Positions 63,199-64,000 of a stretch of DNA of 64,000 nucleotides are shown here, in pieces. Origin of the DNA: Alphaproteobacteria bacterium (GTDB taxonomy: Bacteria; Pseudomonadota; Alphaproteobacteria; Bin95); NCBI GenBank assembly GCA_964291285.2, contig OZ219786.1, forward strand, positions 1,120,001 to 1,184,000. The letters are read 5' to 3'. Position 1 is the stretch's first letter. The number at the start of each line of letters is the position of its first letter. The position numbers and the translations under genes were made by a program. A model generated the notes under the pieces. The model was not told where the DNA came from and searched no databases. It saw nothing but the letters and a program-made list of their open reading frames with translations.

Positions 63199-64000
63199 CC
63201 GACTTCCGCAACTCGGGGGTCATGAGGATGCTAACTCATTGAATAGCCTTGATCGTCTCCCCGAGGGTCGGCACTACAAGGCGGCGAACGGAGAGGCGGC
63301 GCCGTGTGCCGTCAGGCGGAGATCCGGGGTGCGGGTTGCTGCGGCCAGGTCATGCCGAGCTGTTGCAGCAGTAGCTCGTGCTCCTTGTTCGGCCGGGTGT
63401 GGCGCGGCAGGACGAGGTGCCGGCCGTCGGTGGTTGGCAGATGGACGTCCACCATCTGGATGGTGGCGAAGGCCTCAAGGATGGCGCGTGGGGTGAGGCC
63501 CGGGGCGCGCGGCCGGGCGAGGTTCTTCAGGGTCACCAGCAGGCAGTAGGCGATGAACGAGACGAAGATATGCGCCTCGATGCGCTCTTGGCGCTGATGG
63601 AAGATGGGGCGGATCGCGAGGTCGTGCTTGAGTTCCTTGAACGCCTGCTCGATCTCGACGAGCTGCATGTACAGATGCCACAGCGTGGCGGGGTCTTCGG
63701 CGACCATGTTGGATCGCAGCAGGTAACGGCCCTCGCGGCGGCGGACCTGGCGCAGCCGGTCGCGCTGCAGGCGGAATGAGAAGCCGTTGGCGGCGAGTTC
63801 GCTGTCGGTCCCGGGCACGGTGATGTCGACCAGGCTCCAGGCCCGGCCGGCCTCCTTCCTGGCGGCGCCGAGCTTGAGCAACAACTGATCCCGGCTGTTC
63901 GACTGCCCTTGCAACTCGGCCAATCGACGCCACAGCCTCTTCAGCCGGCGCCGGCGCATGCCGCGTTCCTTCACCTGCCGCCCCTCGCTGCGCACCAGGA
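63199..64000 (-). mobile_element. IS1634-family element, copy 2 (right end; runs off window)
   Basis: IR CCGACTTCCGCAACTCGG at 63199; appears identical to copy 1 apart from lacking the MITE. Confidence 0.92.
63312..64000 (-). CDS. IS1634 transposase, C-terminal part
   Basis: Translation identical to the C-terminus of 25409-27157. Confidence 0.93.
   Translation of the reverse strand, partial: LVRSEGRQVKERGMRRRRLKRLWRRLAELQGQSNSRDQLLLKLGAARKEAGRAWSLVDITVPGTDSELAANGFSFRLQRDRLRQVRRREGRYLLRSNMVAEDPATLWHLYMQLVEIEQAFKELKHDLAIRPIFHQRQERIEAHIFVSFIAYCLLVTLKNLARPRAPGLTPRAILEAFATIQMVDVHLPTTDGRHLVLPRHTRPNKEHELLLQQLGMTWPQQPAPRISA

Overview
High-GC (about 70% by eye) chromosomal segment, most consistent with an alphaproteobacterium of Rhodospirillales type; the taurine ABC transporter, FN3-repeat surface protein and heavy IS load suggest a marine-invertebrate (e.g. 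sponge) symbiont, which is inference only. It holds about 50 mostly metabolic/transport CDSs (tauABC-like transporter, two amidases, two UbiD-family decarboxylases, two LLM oxidoreductases, uvrC, upp, maeB, moeB-like, vapBC) and four tRNAs (Leu-CAG, Leu-CAA, Asn-GTT, Cys-GCA). Highlights the ORF track does not show: (1) four diverged copies of an unannotated 450-570 bp intergenic element (promoter-like head, conserved structured core, variable short ORF, CATGACA boxes at 10-bp period); (2) an IS110 element inserted at a CT core inside one copy, whose bridge RNA can be reconstructed, with donor guides matching its own ends and target guides matching a motif of that repeat family; (3) a four-level nest: repeat > IS110 > IS1634 (splitting the bridge RNA) > 132-bp MITE; (4) a probable selenoprotein (C-U-G-S-C, in-frame TGA with SECIS-like hairpin) in an operon with a paralog and a thioredoxin-reductase-like gene; (5) an 18xFN3 beta-barrel surface protein gene broken by IS256 and a second MITE copy; (6) a Na/Pi cotransporter gene split by an IS701-like element carrying a small passenger ORF. 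All assignments come from motif recognition and manual alignment; no database searches were run.
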